Source of the DNA: a bacterium
GTDB taxonomy: Bacteria; Babelota; Babeliae; Babelales; JAUWHS01
Assembly: GCA_043818275.1 (NCBI GenBank)
Contig: JBDRFY010000062.1
Coordinates: 1 to 63,172 of the forward strand
Direction: 5' to 3'
DNA: 63,172 nucleotides
Part shown: positions 28,885 through 40,000 of the stretch, in pieces
Position numbering within the stretch: the stretch's first letter is position 1
Layout of the letters: every line of letters begins with the position of its first letter
The notes under the pieces: generated by a model
Database searches by the model: none
Seen by the model: only the letters and a program-made list of their open reading frames with translations
Told to the model about the DNA's origin: nothing
Translations under genes and position numbers: made by a program

Positions 28885-29401
28885 ACGTTAAAAAATATTT
28901 CCTAAAATACTGTTCGACCTTTATCGCTGCTCTATAAGCCAATTTTTTATAACTTACGGTATAAAAATTTGAATTTAAAATAGGATCCCTTGGTTTAAAG
29001 ACTGCTGTTGAAACCTGAAATTCTTTTTCCTTTATCAATTTATTATTTTCATTAAATAAAGAACAGGCTAATTCCAATTTTAAATTAAATCCATAGGATA
29101 AAATATCCGGAGAAATAATTTTACCAAAAGCATCCAGTTTTTTAACTTCTATTTTTAAAATAAATTTAGGATTATTTTTCTCATCTAAATTAAAACCAAC
29201 CCTAACAAAATGATCATAAAAAGCTTTATAAATAATTGGTGAAATATTTTCAAAAACCAATCTGTTTTTAGGCATATCAATTAATACTGTAGTAGAATTA
29301 AGCTTTGATAAAGATTTTTTCCTTGTTGACGGTTCATGCGCGCAAGAAGAGAACAATAAAAGAAAAATTACCAGATAAGCTTTAACTCGATGAAAAAACA
29401 T
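28865..29401 (-). CDS. Putative LPS-assembly lipoprotein (LptE-like)
   Basis: Signal peptide with a Cys (LLFSSC), a size of 178 aa, and synteny with the holA-like gene. Confidence 0.35.
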   Translation of the reverse strand: MFFHRVKAYLVIFLLLFSSCAHEPSTRKKSLSKLNSTTVLIDMPKNRLVFENISPIIYKAFYDHFVRVGFNLDEKNNPKFILKIEVKKLDAFGKIISPDILSYGFNLKLELACSLFNENNKLIKEKEFQVSTAVFKPRDPILNSNFYTVSYKKLAYRAAIKVEQYFRKYFLTYETDQI

Positions 29402-29420
29402 TAGAAATATTCCAATTTTC

Positions 29421-30272
29421 TTAAATAGATTTTTCAGATACCCGATTTTGCAAACTAAAAAAAGACTGTTTTTTATGCGAATCCTTTTTTGATTTTATTT
29501 GATATTCTTCCTTGTCAGATAAATCTTTTGCCATGGCAATATCGTTTAATTTTTTAAGTTCATCCTTTTCAACAACAAAAATATCTTCGATACCTTTAAT
29601 CGCCAGTTTTTTTAATTCTTCAAATAAATTCCATTCCAACGGTTCTTTTTCAGATGTTCCCTGAATTTCAATTATTTTACCGGATTTGGTCAAAATAAAA
29701 TTAAAATCAGAATTAGCCTGACTATCTTCTTCATAAGATAAATCCAAAATTGGTTGTTCCTGAACTAAACCAACAGAAATTGCGGCAATAGAATCTTTTA
29801 AAATATTTTTTTGAATTAAACCTGCATTGAACCATCTTTTTTCTGCTAATTTTAAAGCTAAATTTGCAGCAGTTATACAGGCAACTCTAGTTCCACCATC
29901 CGCCTGCAAAACATCACAATCAACAATGATTGTTTTTTCTCCAAAACAAGTTAAATCAACAACAGTTCTTAAACTTCTTCCAATTAATCTTGAAATTTCC
30001 ACACTACGGGAATTTTTTTGAATTTGATTAGAATCTCTTATCGTTCTTTTTTGAGTAGCACAAGGAAGCATCGCATATTCAGCGGTTAACCAACCAGTAT
30101 TACTTCCTTTTAAAAAAGGTGGTACTTTATTTTGAAAACTAACAGCTACAAAAACTTTTGTATTTCCAATTTCTAATAGAACAGATGCATCAGCATAACC
30201 CAATGCGTCAAATTTTAAATTTATGGGGCGAACAGAATCAAACGTTCGCCCATCAATTCTTTCAAATTTCAT
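29421..30272 (-). CDS. rph: Ribonuclease PH with a C-terminal extension of about 40 aa
   Basis: RIDGRTFDSVRPINLKFDALGYADASVLLEIGNTKV... and DCDVLQADGGTR. Confidence 0.85.
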   Translation of the reverse strand: MKFERIDGRTFDSVRPINLKFDALGYADASVLLEIGNTKVFVAVSFQNKVPPFLKGSNTGWLTAEYAMLPCATQKRTIRDSNQIQKNSRSVEISRLIGRSLRTVVDLTCFGEKTIIVDCDVLQADGGTRVACITAANLALKLAEKRWFNAGLIQKNILKDSIAAISVGLVQEQPILDLSYEEDSQANSDFNFILTKSGKIIEIQGTSEKEPLEWNLFEELKKLAIKGIEDIFVVEKDELKKLNDIAMAKDLSDKEEYQIKSKKDSHKKQSFFSLQNRVSEKSI

Positions 30273-30274
30273 AT

Positions 30275-32377
30275 TTATTTTTTAGCTTTTGGAGATAATT
30301 CTGGAGCAATCAAACGAATTTTTCCAGAATATTTATCATAATCAAGAACTTTAACAGTTAACTTATCACCCGTTTTATATTTTTTAGTCAAAGTTTTTAG
30401 TAAATCTTTATCAATAGCAGAAATATGAATTAATCCCGATTTACCTGGAATTAAATCAACAAAAATTCCAAAATCGGCAAATCCTGCAATTGTTCCATCC
30501 CAAACAGAACCTACTTCAATATCACCAACTAAAGTCTTAATCCATTTAATTGCCGCATCTGCAGACTCGGATGTTTTTGCATAAACATTGACAATTCCAT
30601 TATCTTCTATATCAATCTCCGCTCCTGTTGTAGCAATTATTTCTTTGATATTTTTTCCACCAGGCCCAATAATTGCGCCAATTTTATCCGGTTCAACAGA
30701 AAAGGACGTAATTTGTGGCGCCAATTTTGATATTTCTTTTCTTGGAGATGCCAACACTTCATTCATCTTACTTAAAATATGTAATCTTGCATCCTTAGCT
30801 TGCTTTAAAGCTTGAGTCAAAATATCTTTGGTTAATCCGGATTTCGCTTTAACATCCATCTGAATAGCCATAATACCGTTTTTTGATCCTGAAACTTTAA
30901 AATCCATTAAACCTAAGCCATCTTCCATTCCCAAAATATCTGTCAAAACATAAAATTTTCCAGCTGAATCTTTCATCAAACCCATAGCAATACCACTAAT
31001 GCTCTCTTTAATCGGAACACCCGCGTCCATTAAAGATAAAGTTGTTGAACAAACAGTAGCCATGGAAGAAGAGCCATTGGATTCCAAAACATCACAAATA
31101 GATCTAATTGTATATGGAAAAGCTTCGTGTTCAGGCAAAACATTTTTAAATGAAATTTGAGCAAGATGACCATGGCCAATTTCTCTTCTGCTTACTCCAC
31201 GCATTGGTTTAATTTCTCCTGTTGCAAAAGGTGGAAAATTATAATGAATCATAAAAGATTGTTTTATTTCTTGACCAATCAGAGGTTCAATTATTTGTGC
31301 ATCCTGAGAAGTACCCAACGTCAAACTGGATAAAACCTGAGTTTCTCCTCTTTGGAAAAGAGAAGAACCATGAACACATGGTAAAGTTCCAACTTCTGAA
31401 TAAATTGAACGAACTTCATTAAGTTTTCTACCATCAACCCGAATATTTTTTCTTGCAATTAAATCTGGAATTATTTCTTTTAATTCTGAATCAAAAAGGA
31501 ATAAAACAACAGCATAAGAAATTTTTCCATTCTTTAATTCATCTGAAAAAAATTCATACAAACCATTTCTTAAGTTGTCTATAGCTTTATTTCTTTCTTT
31601 TTTGTCAGCAATAAATAGTGAGTCAACCAATTCAGGTTTTAAATATTCTTTAACTCTGTCTTCCCAATAAGACCAATCAATTGGATCTTCAATCGAGATT
31701 TTTTCTATATTTAATTCTTTTGCTATATCTAATTGCCAATCAATTTGTTTTTTTATTTCTACTTCAGCTTTTAACAATAATTCAATAAATTTTTCTTCTG
31801 ATAAATTATTACCGTATCCTTCAACCATACAAATACCATCTTTTGTTCCGGCAATAACAATATTAGCATCAGATTTAAAAACATCTTCAGAACTTACATT
31901 AAATTGCCATTCGCCATTTATCTTTGTAATCTGAACTGCTCCAACAGGGCCTAAAAATGGAATTGTAGATATTGTAAAGGCTAAGGAAGTTCCAATAAGG
32001 GCTAAAACATCTGTTGGAAATTTTCCATCAGAAGAAAAAATGGTAGACAAAGATTGAAGTTCATGAAAAAAATATTTGGGAAACAATGGTCTTATTGGAC
32101 GATCAATTAATCTTGATGATAAAATTTCATTTTCACTTAAACGCCCTTCTCTTTTTATAAATCCACCAGGAATTTTTCCTGCGGCAGATGTTCTTTCTCT
32201 ATATTCAATTGTCAATGGTAAAAAGCCCATAAATTCTTTGGCTTCTTTTGACATAACTACGGTAGAAAGAACAATATTTTTCCCATTTTTAAGCCAAACA
32301 GCTCCATCTGCCTGACGGGCAAATTTGCCTATTTCAACCTCAAAACCCAGTTCTGAGGATTTAAATGTTTTCTGCAT
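30275..32377 (-). CDS. pnp: Polyribonucleotide nucleotidyltransferase (PNPase)
   Basis: Two PH domains followed by KH and S1 domains (IGPGGKNIKEI; GFADFGIFVDL). Confidence 0.95.
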   Translation of the reverse strand: MQKTFKSSELGFEVEIGKFARQADGAVWLKNGKNIVLSTVVMSKEAKEFMGFLPLTIEYRERTSAAGKIPGGFIKREGRLSENEILSSRLIDRPIRPLFPKYFFHELQSLSTIFSSDGKFPTDVLALIGTSLAFTISTIPFLGPVGAVQITKINGEWQFNVSSEDVFKSDANIVIAGTKDGICMVEGYGNNLSEEKFIELLLKAEVEIKKQIDWQLDIAKELNIEKISIEDPIDWSYWEDRVKEYLKPELVDSLFIADKKERNKAIDNLRNGLYEFFSDELKNGKISYAVVLFLFDSELKEIIPDLIARKNIRVDGRKLNEVRSIYSEVGTLPCVHGSSLFQRGETQVLSSLTLGTSQDAQIIEPLIGQEIKQSFMIHYNFPPFATGEIKPMRGVSRREIGHGHLAQISFKNVLPEHEAFPYTIRSICDVLESNGSSSMATVCSTTLSLMDAGVPIKESISGIAMGLMKDSAGKFYVLTDILGMEDGLGLMDFKVSGSKNGIMAIQMDVKAKSGLTKDILTQALKQAKDARLHILSKMNEVLASPRKEISKLAPQITSFSVEPDKIGAIIGPGGKNIKEIIATTGAEIDIEDNGIVNVYAKTSESADAAIKWIKTLVGDIEVGSVWDGTIAGFADFGIFVDLIPGKSGLIHISAIDKDLLKTLTKKYKTGDKLTVKVLDYDKYSGKIRLIAPELSPKAKK

Positions 32378-32433
32378 TCGAATAACCTCTTAAAACATGA
32401 AAGCAACAAATATTGTTACTATTGCTATTAAAT

Positions 32434-32697
32434 TTACTTAACATTTATTAATGATTTTATATTGTTTAAACTTTGAACATCATTCTTTTTAAGGTAATTT
32501 AAAAATTTTTTTCTTTTTCCAACAAGCATTAAAAGACCTCTTCTGGAATGATAATCTTTTGGATAGTTTTTTAAATGTTCAGATATATCATTAATTCTTT
32601 CAGTCAAAATTCCAATTTGAACTTCTGAAGAACCTGTGTCTTTTGCAGATTTAGCAAATTTTTCTATAACCTTATTTTTTATCTCTTTATTTAACAT
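32434..32697 (-). CDS. rpsO: 30S ribosomal protein S15
   Basis: [50 protein letters not shown]. Confidence 0.9.
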   Translation of the reverse strand: MLNKEIKNKVIEKFAKSAKDTGSSEVQIGILTERINDISEHLKNYPKDYHSRRGLLMLVGKRKKFLNYLKKNDVQSLNNIKSLINVK

Positions 32698-32770
32698 ATC
32701 AACAAAACTCCAACTGAAAACAACCTTATTAATTTATACAATTTATTCTTTTAAAAAATTCAATCTTAAA

Positions 32771-32856
32771 CTGGCCGTGCCATCCGAAGCTTTTTCTCTT
32801 TCGCTAAAGCTTCAAAGAATATCCTCCGAAGTTTTAACGAAGGAGGAAGCGAAGGA
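32771..32856. repeat. GC-rich repeat island directly abutting the tRNA-Val 3' end
   Basis: The minus strand reads CCA|tccttcgcttcctccttcgttaaaacttcggagga...gctttagcgaaag. It shares the words catccttcgc, ttcgttaaaacttcg and cgctaaagcttc with 1358-1440 and 45226-45450. Confidence 0.7.
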
Positions 32857-32932
32857 TGGTAGGCACGAGCGGATTTGAACCGCTGACCCTTGCTACGTCA
32901 AAGCAATGCTCTACCAACTGAGCTACGCGCCT
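32857..32932 (-). tRNA. tRNA-Val (anticodon GAC)
   Basis: Hand-folded cloverleaf: acceptor AGGCGCG/CGTGCCT, anticodon stem TTGCT/AGCAA, loop TTGACGT, T-arm AGCGG TTCAAAT CCGCT, encoded CCA. Confidence 0.9.
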
Positions 32933-32946
32933 GTTAAAAATCAATC

Positions 32947-35900
32947 TTAACTTAGAGATATATTATCTAAACCTATCTCTAATTCTTCTTCGCGACGAGC
33001 TTTTTCTTCTAACGAAGAAACATCTTCACCTAAATATTTCAACTTGAATGAAGGAACTCCTGTACCGGCAGGTATGAGTTTACCAATTACAACATTTTCT
33101 TTCAAGCCATACAAGTAATCAATTTGACCAACAATTGAAGCCTCAGTTAATACTCTGGTCGTTTCCTGGAAAGAGGCCGCTGATATAAAGCTTTCTGTTC
33201 CAAGAGATGCTTTGGTTATACCCATTAAAATAGGTTTAGCTGTTGCTATTTTTTTACCTTCTTTCATAAGAAGATTATTAACAAATTGCAATTGCAACTT
33301 ATCAACTCTATCACCTGCAACAAAGCTTGTGTCTCCAGGCTCAACAATACGCACCTTTCTTAACATTTGTTTAACAATAATTTCTATATGTTTATCGTTA
33401 ATCTCTACACCCTGAAGTTTATAAATTTCCTGAACTTCATTAACAATATAACTTTGAGCTTCATCCGGGCCTAAAATTCTTAAAATATCATGTTGGTTTG
33501 GAATACCCGAAGTTAACAGATCGCCTGATTTTACTTGTTCACCATCTTCAATATTTAAGTGTTTACTCCTTGGAATACTATATTCAAAAACTTCCCCATC
33601 ATCAGACGTAATAGTAACCCTACGCTGCCCCCTATGAAGACCACCAAATTTTAATACTCCATCAACCTCACTAATCAAAGCAATATCCTTTGGAACTCGC
33701 GCTTCAAATAATTCTGCAATCCTTGGTAATCCTCCTGTAATATCTTTAGTTCTTGTACTTTCCCTAGGAAGTCTTGCAAGGACATCGCCTGGCAAAACCG
33801 CAGCATTATCATCAACCGCTATAACAGCACCGGTAGGCAAGAAATATCGAGCTTCTTCATTTCCTTGATTATCTTCAACTACTAAGCACGGTTGGCGTTT
33901 TTCATCCCGTCTCTCGAGAACAATTCTTTGTGACTGACTTGTTACTTCATCATATTGTACCCGATAAGTAACATTCTCTATCAAATCAACATACTTAACG
34001 CTACCAGATTTTTCAGTTAATATAACTTGTAGCGAGCCCCATTCAGCAACTATATCACCAACTTTAACTTCAGAGGCATCCTGAAGAAGAACTTTAGAAC
34101 CATATTCTAAATTATATTCTTCTAACTCTCTTCCATCATCAACAACAATTGCAATTCTGGCTTTTCTGTTTACAACAATCCAATCACCATCTCTATTTTG
34201 AACAATATGTACACCTTTATATTTTACTTTTCCATTAAAGTGTACTTTATGCGAATTTTGTTCAACTAAACCTGTTGCAGTACCTCCAATATGAAAAGTT
34301 CTCATGGTAAGCTGAGTTCCTGGTTCGCCAATTGATTGTGCTGCAATAATTCCAACAGCAACGCCAATATCTACCAATCTACTTGTAGATAAATCCATAC
34401 CATAACATTTAGCACAAACACCTCTTCTTGATTGACAAGTAAGAGTAGATCTCACAGCAACTTCGGTTACAGCAGAATCTCTAACCTTTTCTACAACGAT
34501 ATCTGTTACCATTTCATCTCTGGCAACAATTAATTTTCCTGAAACTGGGTCTTTTACATCTTCCGCTAAAATACGTCCCAAAATTCTATCTGCAACAGAT
34601 AACAAAACTTCCCCTGATTCTTTCAGATCTTTTAATTTAATGTAGCCCAATGAATTACAATCATTTTTAGTGATTACAACATCCTGTGAAACATCAACTA
34701 ATCTTCTCGTTAAATACCCTGAATCTGCAGTTTTTAATGCTGTATCAGCCAAACCTTTTCTTGCACCATGCGTAGAAACAAAATATTCAAAAACATTTAA
34801 ACCTTCTTTAAAATTAGCCAGAACTGGAGTTTCTAAAATTTCTCCTGATGGTTTAGCCATTAAACCTCTCATTGCAGCCAATTGTCTAATTTGCTGTCTG
34901 GAACCACGAGCACCAGAATCTAACATCATAAAAACAGGATTAAATGGTTTATTTTTTTTATCTTTGTTATCTCCAGCAATCCGATCTTGCTCTTCTAAAT
35001 CTTTAATCATCCCATTGGCAACTTCTTCTGTCGTTCTACCCCAAATTTGAATTACATTATTGTAACGCTCACCGTTAGTAATAGCACCTTCTTTATAAAG
35101 ATTTTCAATTTTTTCAACAGAAGTTTTAGCCTTATCAACAATAAATTTTTTATCTACAGGTATAATTAAATCTTCCATAGATAAAGAAAGACCAGCAGTA
35201 GTTGCATTCGAAAAGCCCAAAGATTTAATTTTATCTAAAGCTGCAACCGTTTCTTCCATACCAAATGTTTTATAAATTCGGCTGATCAGTTTGGTTACAT
35301 CTTTTTTCTTTATTGCTTTATTTATCCATTCAAATACTGAATCTTCAGGTAATGCTTCATATAATAAAGCTCTCCCAACAGTTGTATGAACAATACGACC
35401 AGATTTTAGTCGTAATTTAATGAGGGCCTGAATATTAACATTGCCACATTGATAAGCAAGAACCAATTCGGATAAATTAGAAAAATGTAAGCCTTCACCT
35501 TTTACATTCTTACGCCCTTTTGTCAAAAAATACAATCCTAAAACCATATCCTGACTAGGAATTGTCAAAGGTTTCCCGCTTGATGGCGATAAAATATTCT
35601 TAGTTGAAAGCATTAATTTTTCAGCTTCCAGACATGCTTTTTTACTTAATAAAACGTGAACAGCCATTTGATCACCATCAAAGTCGGCGTTAAATGCAGA
35701 ACAAACTAATGGGTGAATTTTTATAGCTTTACCTTCAACCAAAATTGGAAAAAACGCCTGAATACCAAGTCTATGCAATGTTGGAGCACGATTTAAAAGA
35801 ACCGGTCTATCCTGAACTACAGATTCAAGGGCTTCCCAAACTTCCGGCAACATTTCTTCAACCATTCTTTTTGCTACCCTTAAATTGGTTGCTAATTCTC

Positions 35901-37071
35901 TTCTTTGAAGTTCAACGTAGACAAATGGTTTAAATAATTCTAAAGCCATTAACTTTGGCAACCCACATTGGCTAAGATGTAATTCTGGATCAACAACAAT
36001 TACGGATCTGCCAGAATAGTCTACACGTTTACCTAAAAGATTCTGCCTAAATCTTCCTTGTTTACCTCTTAGCATTTCACTTAATGATTTAAGTGGTCTT
36101 TTATTCGAACCCTTAACAGGCTGTCCTCTTCTACCGTTATCAATTAATGCGTCTACAGATTCCTGAAGCATACGTTTTTCATTTTTAACAATGACGTCTG
36201 GAGCCTGAAGTTCAATTAATCTTTTTAATCGGATATTTCTATTCAATACTCTTCGATATAAATCATTTAAATCAGAGCTAGCAAATCTTCCACCTTCTAG
36301 TGGAACTAATGGTCTTAAATCTGGTGGAAGAACTGGTAATACTTCCAAAATTACCCATTCTGGTCTTATGTTTGCTCTGAGCATACCCAATAAAACTTTA
36401 TAACGTTTGGCTAATTTAAGTTTTATTGCAACAGAAGTTGATTGCGCATATTCCTGCTCAATTTTTCTAACTTCAAAATTAAGATCTATCATTGAAAGAA
36501 GTATTCTTATAGCCTCTGCGCCCATTTCAACTTTAAAAACAGTATCATCCGGATGAGCATTAACATAATCTTCGTATTCTTGTGCGGATAATAAAGTTTT
36601 TTGTGAATAAGGAGAACTTCCCTGATGTATAACAATGTAACTATCAAAATAAATAACTCTTTCTAAATCCTTAACAGTCATCCCTAAAATCAAACTCAAG
36701 TAACTAGGAATTCCTTTAAGATACCAAATGTGACACACTGGCGAAACCAGATTAATGTGACCCATTCGCTCTCTTCTAACTTTAGACTGAATTACTTCCA
36801 CACCGCATTTTTCACAAGTTACACCCCTGTGCTTCATTCGTTTATATTTTCCGCAATTGCATTCCCAGTCTTTTACTGGACCAAAAATGCGCGCGCAAAA
36901 TAATCCATCTCTTTCTGGTTTTAACGTTCTGTAATTAATAGTTTCTATCTTTTTAACTTCACCATAAGAAAGAGATTTTATTTTTTCAGGAGAAGCAATA
37001 CTTAATTTAATAGCATTAAATTGAGTTGCGTTTATGTATTCTTTAAATCGTTCTAATATTCTGTTACTCAC
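32947..37071 (-). CDS. rpoC: DNA-directed RNA polymerase beta' subunit
   Basis: Carries the NADFDGD motif and an N-terminal zinc motif [20 protein letters not shown]. The start is proposed at the GTG at 37071, preceded by AAGGAG. The ORF track extends to a TTG at 37104. Confidence 0.95.
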   Translation of the reverse strand: MSNRILERFKEYINATQFNAIKLSIASPEKIKSLSYGEVKKIETINYRTLKPERDGLFCARIFGPVKDWECNCGKYKRMKHRGVTCEKCGVEVIQSKVRRERMGHINLVSPVCHIWYLKGIPSYLSLILGMTVKDLERVIYFDSYIVIHQGSSPYSQKTLLSAQEYEDYVNAHPDDTVFKVEMGAEAIRILLSMIDLNFEVRKIEQEYAQSTSVAIKLKLAKRYKVLLGMLRANIRPEWVILEVLPVLPPDLRPLVPLEGGRFASSDLNDLYRRVLNRNIRLKRLIELQAPDVIVKNEKRMLQESVDALIDNGRRGQPVKGSNKRPLKSLSEMLRGKQGRFRQNLLGKRVDYSGRSVIVVDPELHLSQCGLPKLMALELFKPFVYVELQRRELATNLRVAKRMVEEMLPEVWEALESVVQDRPVLLNRAPTLHRLGIQAFFPILVEGKAIKIHPLVCSAFNADFDGDQMAVHVLLSKKACLEAEKLMLSTKNILSPSSGKPLTIPSQDMVLGLYFLTKGRKNVKGEGLHFSNLSELVLAYQCGNVNIQALIKLRLKSGRIVHTTVGRALLYEALPEDSVFEWINKAIKKKDVTKLISRIYKTFGMEETVAALDKIKSLGFSNATTAGLSLSMEDLIIPVDKKFIVDKAKTSVEKIENLYKEGAITNGERYNNVIQIWGRTTEEVANGMIKDLEEQDRIAGDNKDKKNKPFNPVFMMLDSGARGSRQQIRQLAAMRGLMAKPSGEILETPVLANFKEGLNVFEYFVSTHGARKGLADTALKTADSGYLTRRLVDVSQDVVITKNDCNSLGYIKLKDLKESGEVLLSVADRILGRILAEDVKDPVSGKLIVARDEMVTDIVVEKVRDSAVTEVAVRSTLTCQSRRGVCAKCYGMDLSTSRLVDIGVAVGIIAAQSIGEPGTQLTMRTFHIGGTATGLVEQNSHKVHFNGKVKYKGVHIVQNRDGDWIVVNRKARIAIVVDDGRELEEYNLEYGSKVLLQDASEVKVGDIVAEWGSLQVILTEKSGSVKYVDLIENVTYRVQYDEVTSQSQRIVLERRDEKRQPCLVVEDNQGNEEARYFLPTGAVIAVDDNAAVLPGDVLARLPRESTRTKDITGGLPRIAELFEARVPKDIALISEVDGVLKFGGLHRGQRRVTITSDDGEVFEYSIPRSKHLNIEDGEQVKSGDLLTSGIPNQHDILRILGPDEAQSYIVNEVQEIYKLQGVEINDKHIEIIVKQMLRKVRIVEPGDTSFVAGDRVDKLQLQFVNNLLMKEGKKIATAKPILMGITKASLGTESFISAASFQETTRVLTEASIVGQIDYLYGLKENVVIGKLIPAGTGVPSFKLKYLGEDVSSLEEKARREEELEIGLDNISLS

Positions 37072-40000
37072 CGACCTGCTCCTTATTCGCTTTAAATAAG
37101 TCAAATTGTAATGCCAAACTTTGAAGTTCTTTTACAAAAACATTAAACGATTCCGGAATTCCTGGTTCAGGAACTTCATCGCCCCTAACGATCGCTTCAT
37201 ATGTCTTTATACGCCCATTTACATCGTCTGACTTAATTGTTAACATTTCTTGCAAAGTATAAGCAGCACCATAAGCGTAAAGAGCCCACACTTCCATTTC
37301 ACCTAATCTTTGTCCTCCGAACTGAGCTTTACCACCTAACGGTTGTTGAGTAATCAAGGAGTACGGACCAACGGATCTGGCATGCAATTTGTCATCTGCA
37401 AGGTGATTAAGTTTCATCATATAAATATAACCAACTGTAACATCCTGATCAAAAGACTGCCCCGTTCTTCCATCAAACAATTGATATGCCCCATTTTCAG
37501 GTAAATTTGTTTGTTTTAAAAGCGGCTTTATCTCGTTTTCATAGCTAGCACCATCAAAAATAGGAGTGCTCATAGAAACACCCGTTTCAATTGTTTTTTG
37601 TGCTAAATTATTTAAAGCTTCTTTTCCATAAGATTTTTGTAATAAAGATATAATCTCATCTCCATAATATTCACTTAATTTACTCTTAATTTTTTCTTCA
37701 CTTAATTCATTTATATCCTTAGCTAAATCAATCCCCATTTGTCGGCCAGCCATACCTAATAATGTTTCTAAAATTTGTCCCAGATTCATACGACTTGGTA
37801 CACCCAGTGGATTAAGAACAATATCAACCGGTGTACCATCTTTCATATACGGCATATCTTCAACATTAACAATTCTTGAAATAACACCCTTATTACCATG
37901 ACGACCAGCAACTTTATCACCAACAGATAAATGTCGTTTAGCTGCAACATAAACCTTAATCATTTTAATAACACCGGATGGTAATTCATCACCTTTTCTT
38001 AATTTACCTATTTTATCTTCTTTAAGCGCAGTTAAAACATGAATCTGATTTTTCCAAATTTCTTTATATTCTTTCAATTTTAAATTTTTAGCATTTTTAA
38101 CAATTTTGATATCAAAAATTTTATCCAAATCAATTTTTTCTAATTTACTTTCAGACAATTTACCTTTAATAACAGAACCTGAATCTATTGTCTCACCATC
38201 AAGAATTTTAATTAATTTTTCTTTAAATCTTTGATTCAAAATTGAAACATGATAATTAAAATCTTCTTCAATTTTTTGAGCTTCTCTGGCAACAATATCT
38301 TTATATCTTTTATCTTTTCTGATACCACTTCTGGAAAAAACTTTAACATCCATCACTGTCGCTTCAACTCCAGGCGGCACCCGCAATGAAGTATCCCTAA
38401 CTTCTCTGGATTTTTCACCAAACATAGCACGAAGAAGTTTTTCTTCCGGAGAAACTTGGACATCTCCTTTTAAAGTAACTTTTCCAACTAAAATATCTCC
38501 AGGTTTGACTCTTGTTCCAACTTTTACAATTCCATCTTCATCAAGAGCAGCTAAATCTTTTTCACTAACATTTGGAATATCTTTTGTAATTTCTTCGGCA
38601 CCTAATTTAGTTTCACGAGCTTCAACAACAAATTCTTCAATATGAACCGAACTAAAAATATCTTCGCTAACTAAACGCTTACTGACAACAATGGCATCTT
38701 CAAAGTTGTATCCTTGCCAAGGCATAAACGCAACCAAAATATTATTACCCAAAGCAAGTTCACCATTTTGAATGGCTGCACCATCCGCAATAACATCACC
38801 TTTTTCAACTCTTTGTCCAACTTGTACAATAGGAGTATTGTGAATCCAGGTGTTGTGACTGGATCTGGCAAACTGTTTTAATTTATAAATATCAACCGGC
38901 TTGGAAACCCAACTGGTATCATCTTCATTTTTTCCATCAAGCCTGATAATAATTTTGTCTGCAGCAACATATTCAATCAAACCAGAATTTTTAGTAATAA
39001 TGCTTCCACCTTCAGCAGATCCAATATCTTTTTCCATGCCAGTTCCAATAATTGGTGCCTGACATTTAATTAAAGGAACAGCCTGACGTTGCATGTTAGA
39101 CCCCATAAGCGCACGGTTAGCGTCATCATGTTCCAAAAATGGTATCAAAGCTGTTGCTACAGAAACTAATTGTTTTGGAGAAGCGTCAACGTAAGAAACA
39201 TCTTTTGAATTATCTAAAATAATGTTTCCATCTTTTCTAACCAAAACTTTTTCTTCTTTAATTTTATTTTTAGAATCTACAGGAACAGATGCCTGAGCTA
39301 TAGCTTTATTTATTTCCTGAAATGCATCCAAATATAAAACATCATCCTGAATCACACCATCCTTAACAGGACGATATGGAGTCTCTATAAAACCTAAATC
39401 ATTAACTTTAGCATAAGTAGAAAGAGAAGAAATAAGACCAATGTTTTGACCCTCAGGTGTTTCAATCGGACAAATTCTTCCATAGTGTGAACTATGAACG
39501 TCCCGAACTTCAAATGTTGCTCTTTCTCTAGTTATACCACCAGGCCCCAAAGCAGATAATCTTCTTTTGTGAGCCATTTCAGCTAATGGATTTGTCTGAT
39601 CCATAAACTGTGATAATTGACCAGTTCCAAAAAATTCACGTAACACTGCTGCTAAAGGTTTTACATTTAAAAAATCATACGGCATTAAAGCGGTATAATT
39701 TTCCTGTAACCTGAATCGTTCTTTTATAATTCTTTCTATTCTTGCAAAACCAACATAAATTTGACTTTGCAACAATTCACCAACTAATCTGACGGAACGA
39801 TTTCCTAAATGATCAATATCGTCAAGCTCTCCCTCTCCACGCTCCTTTAATCCTATTAAATATTTAATGGTCGCAACAATATCTTCCCGGGTTAAATAAG
39901 TAATTGATTTATCAATATTTAATCCTAATTTTCTATTTGCACGAATACGCCCAACAATAGTCAAATCATAAAAGCGTGGATTAAAAAATAAATTATTAAT

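Noticed and set aside
32636-32878. 80-aa plus-strand ORF running from rpsO antisense through the repeat island into tRNA-Val
   Set aside because: It overlaps a tRNA gene and a repeat island, which makes it implausible as a coding sequence.
33212-35933. Plus-strand ORFs inside rpoC (33212..33415, 34670..35050, 35745..35933)
   Set aside because: They are antisense to a highly conserved gene and have low-complexity translations and no ribosome-binding sites. They are typical shadow ORFs.
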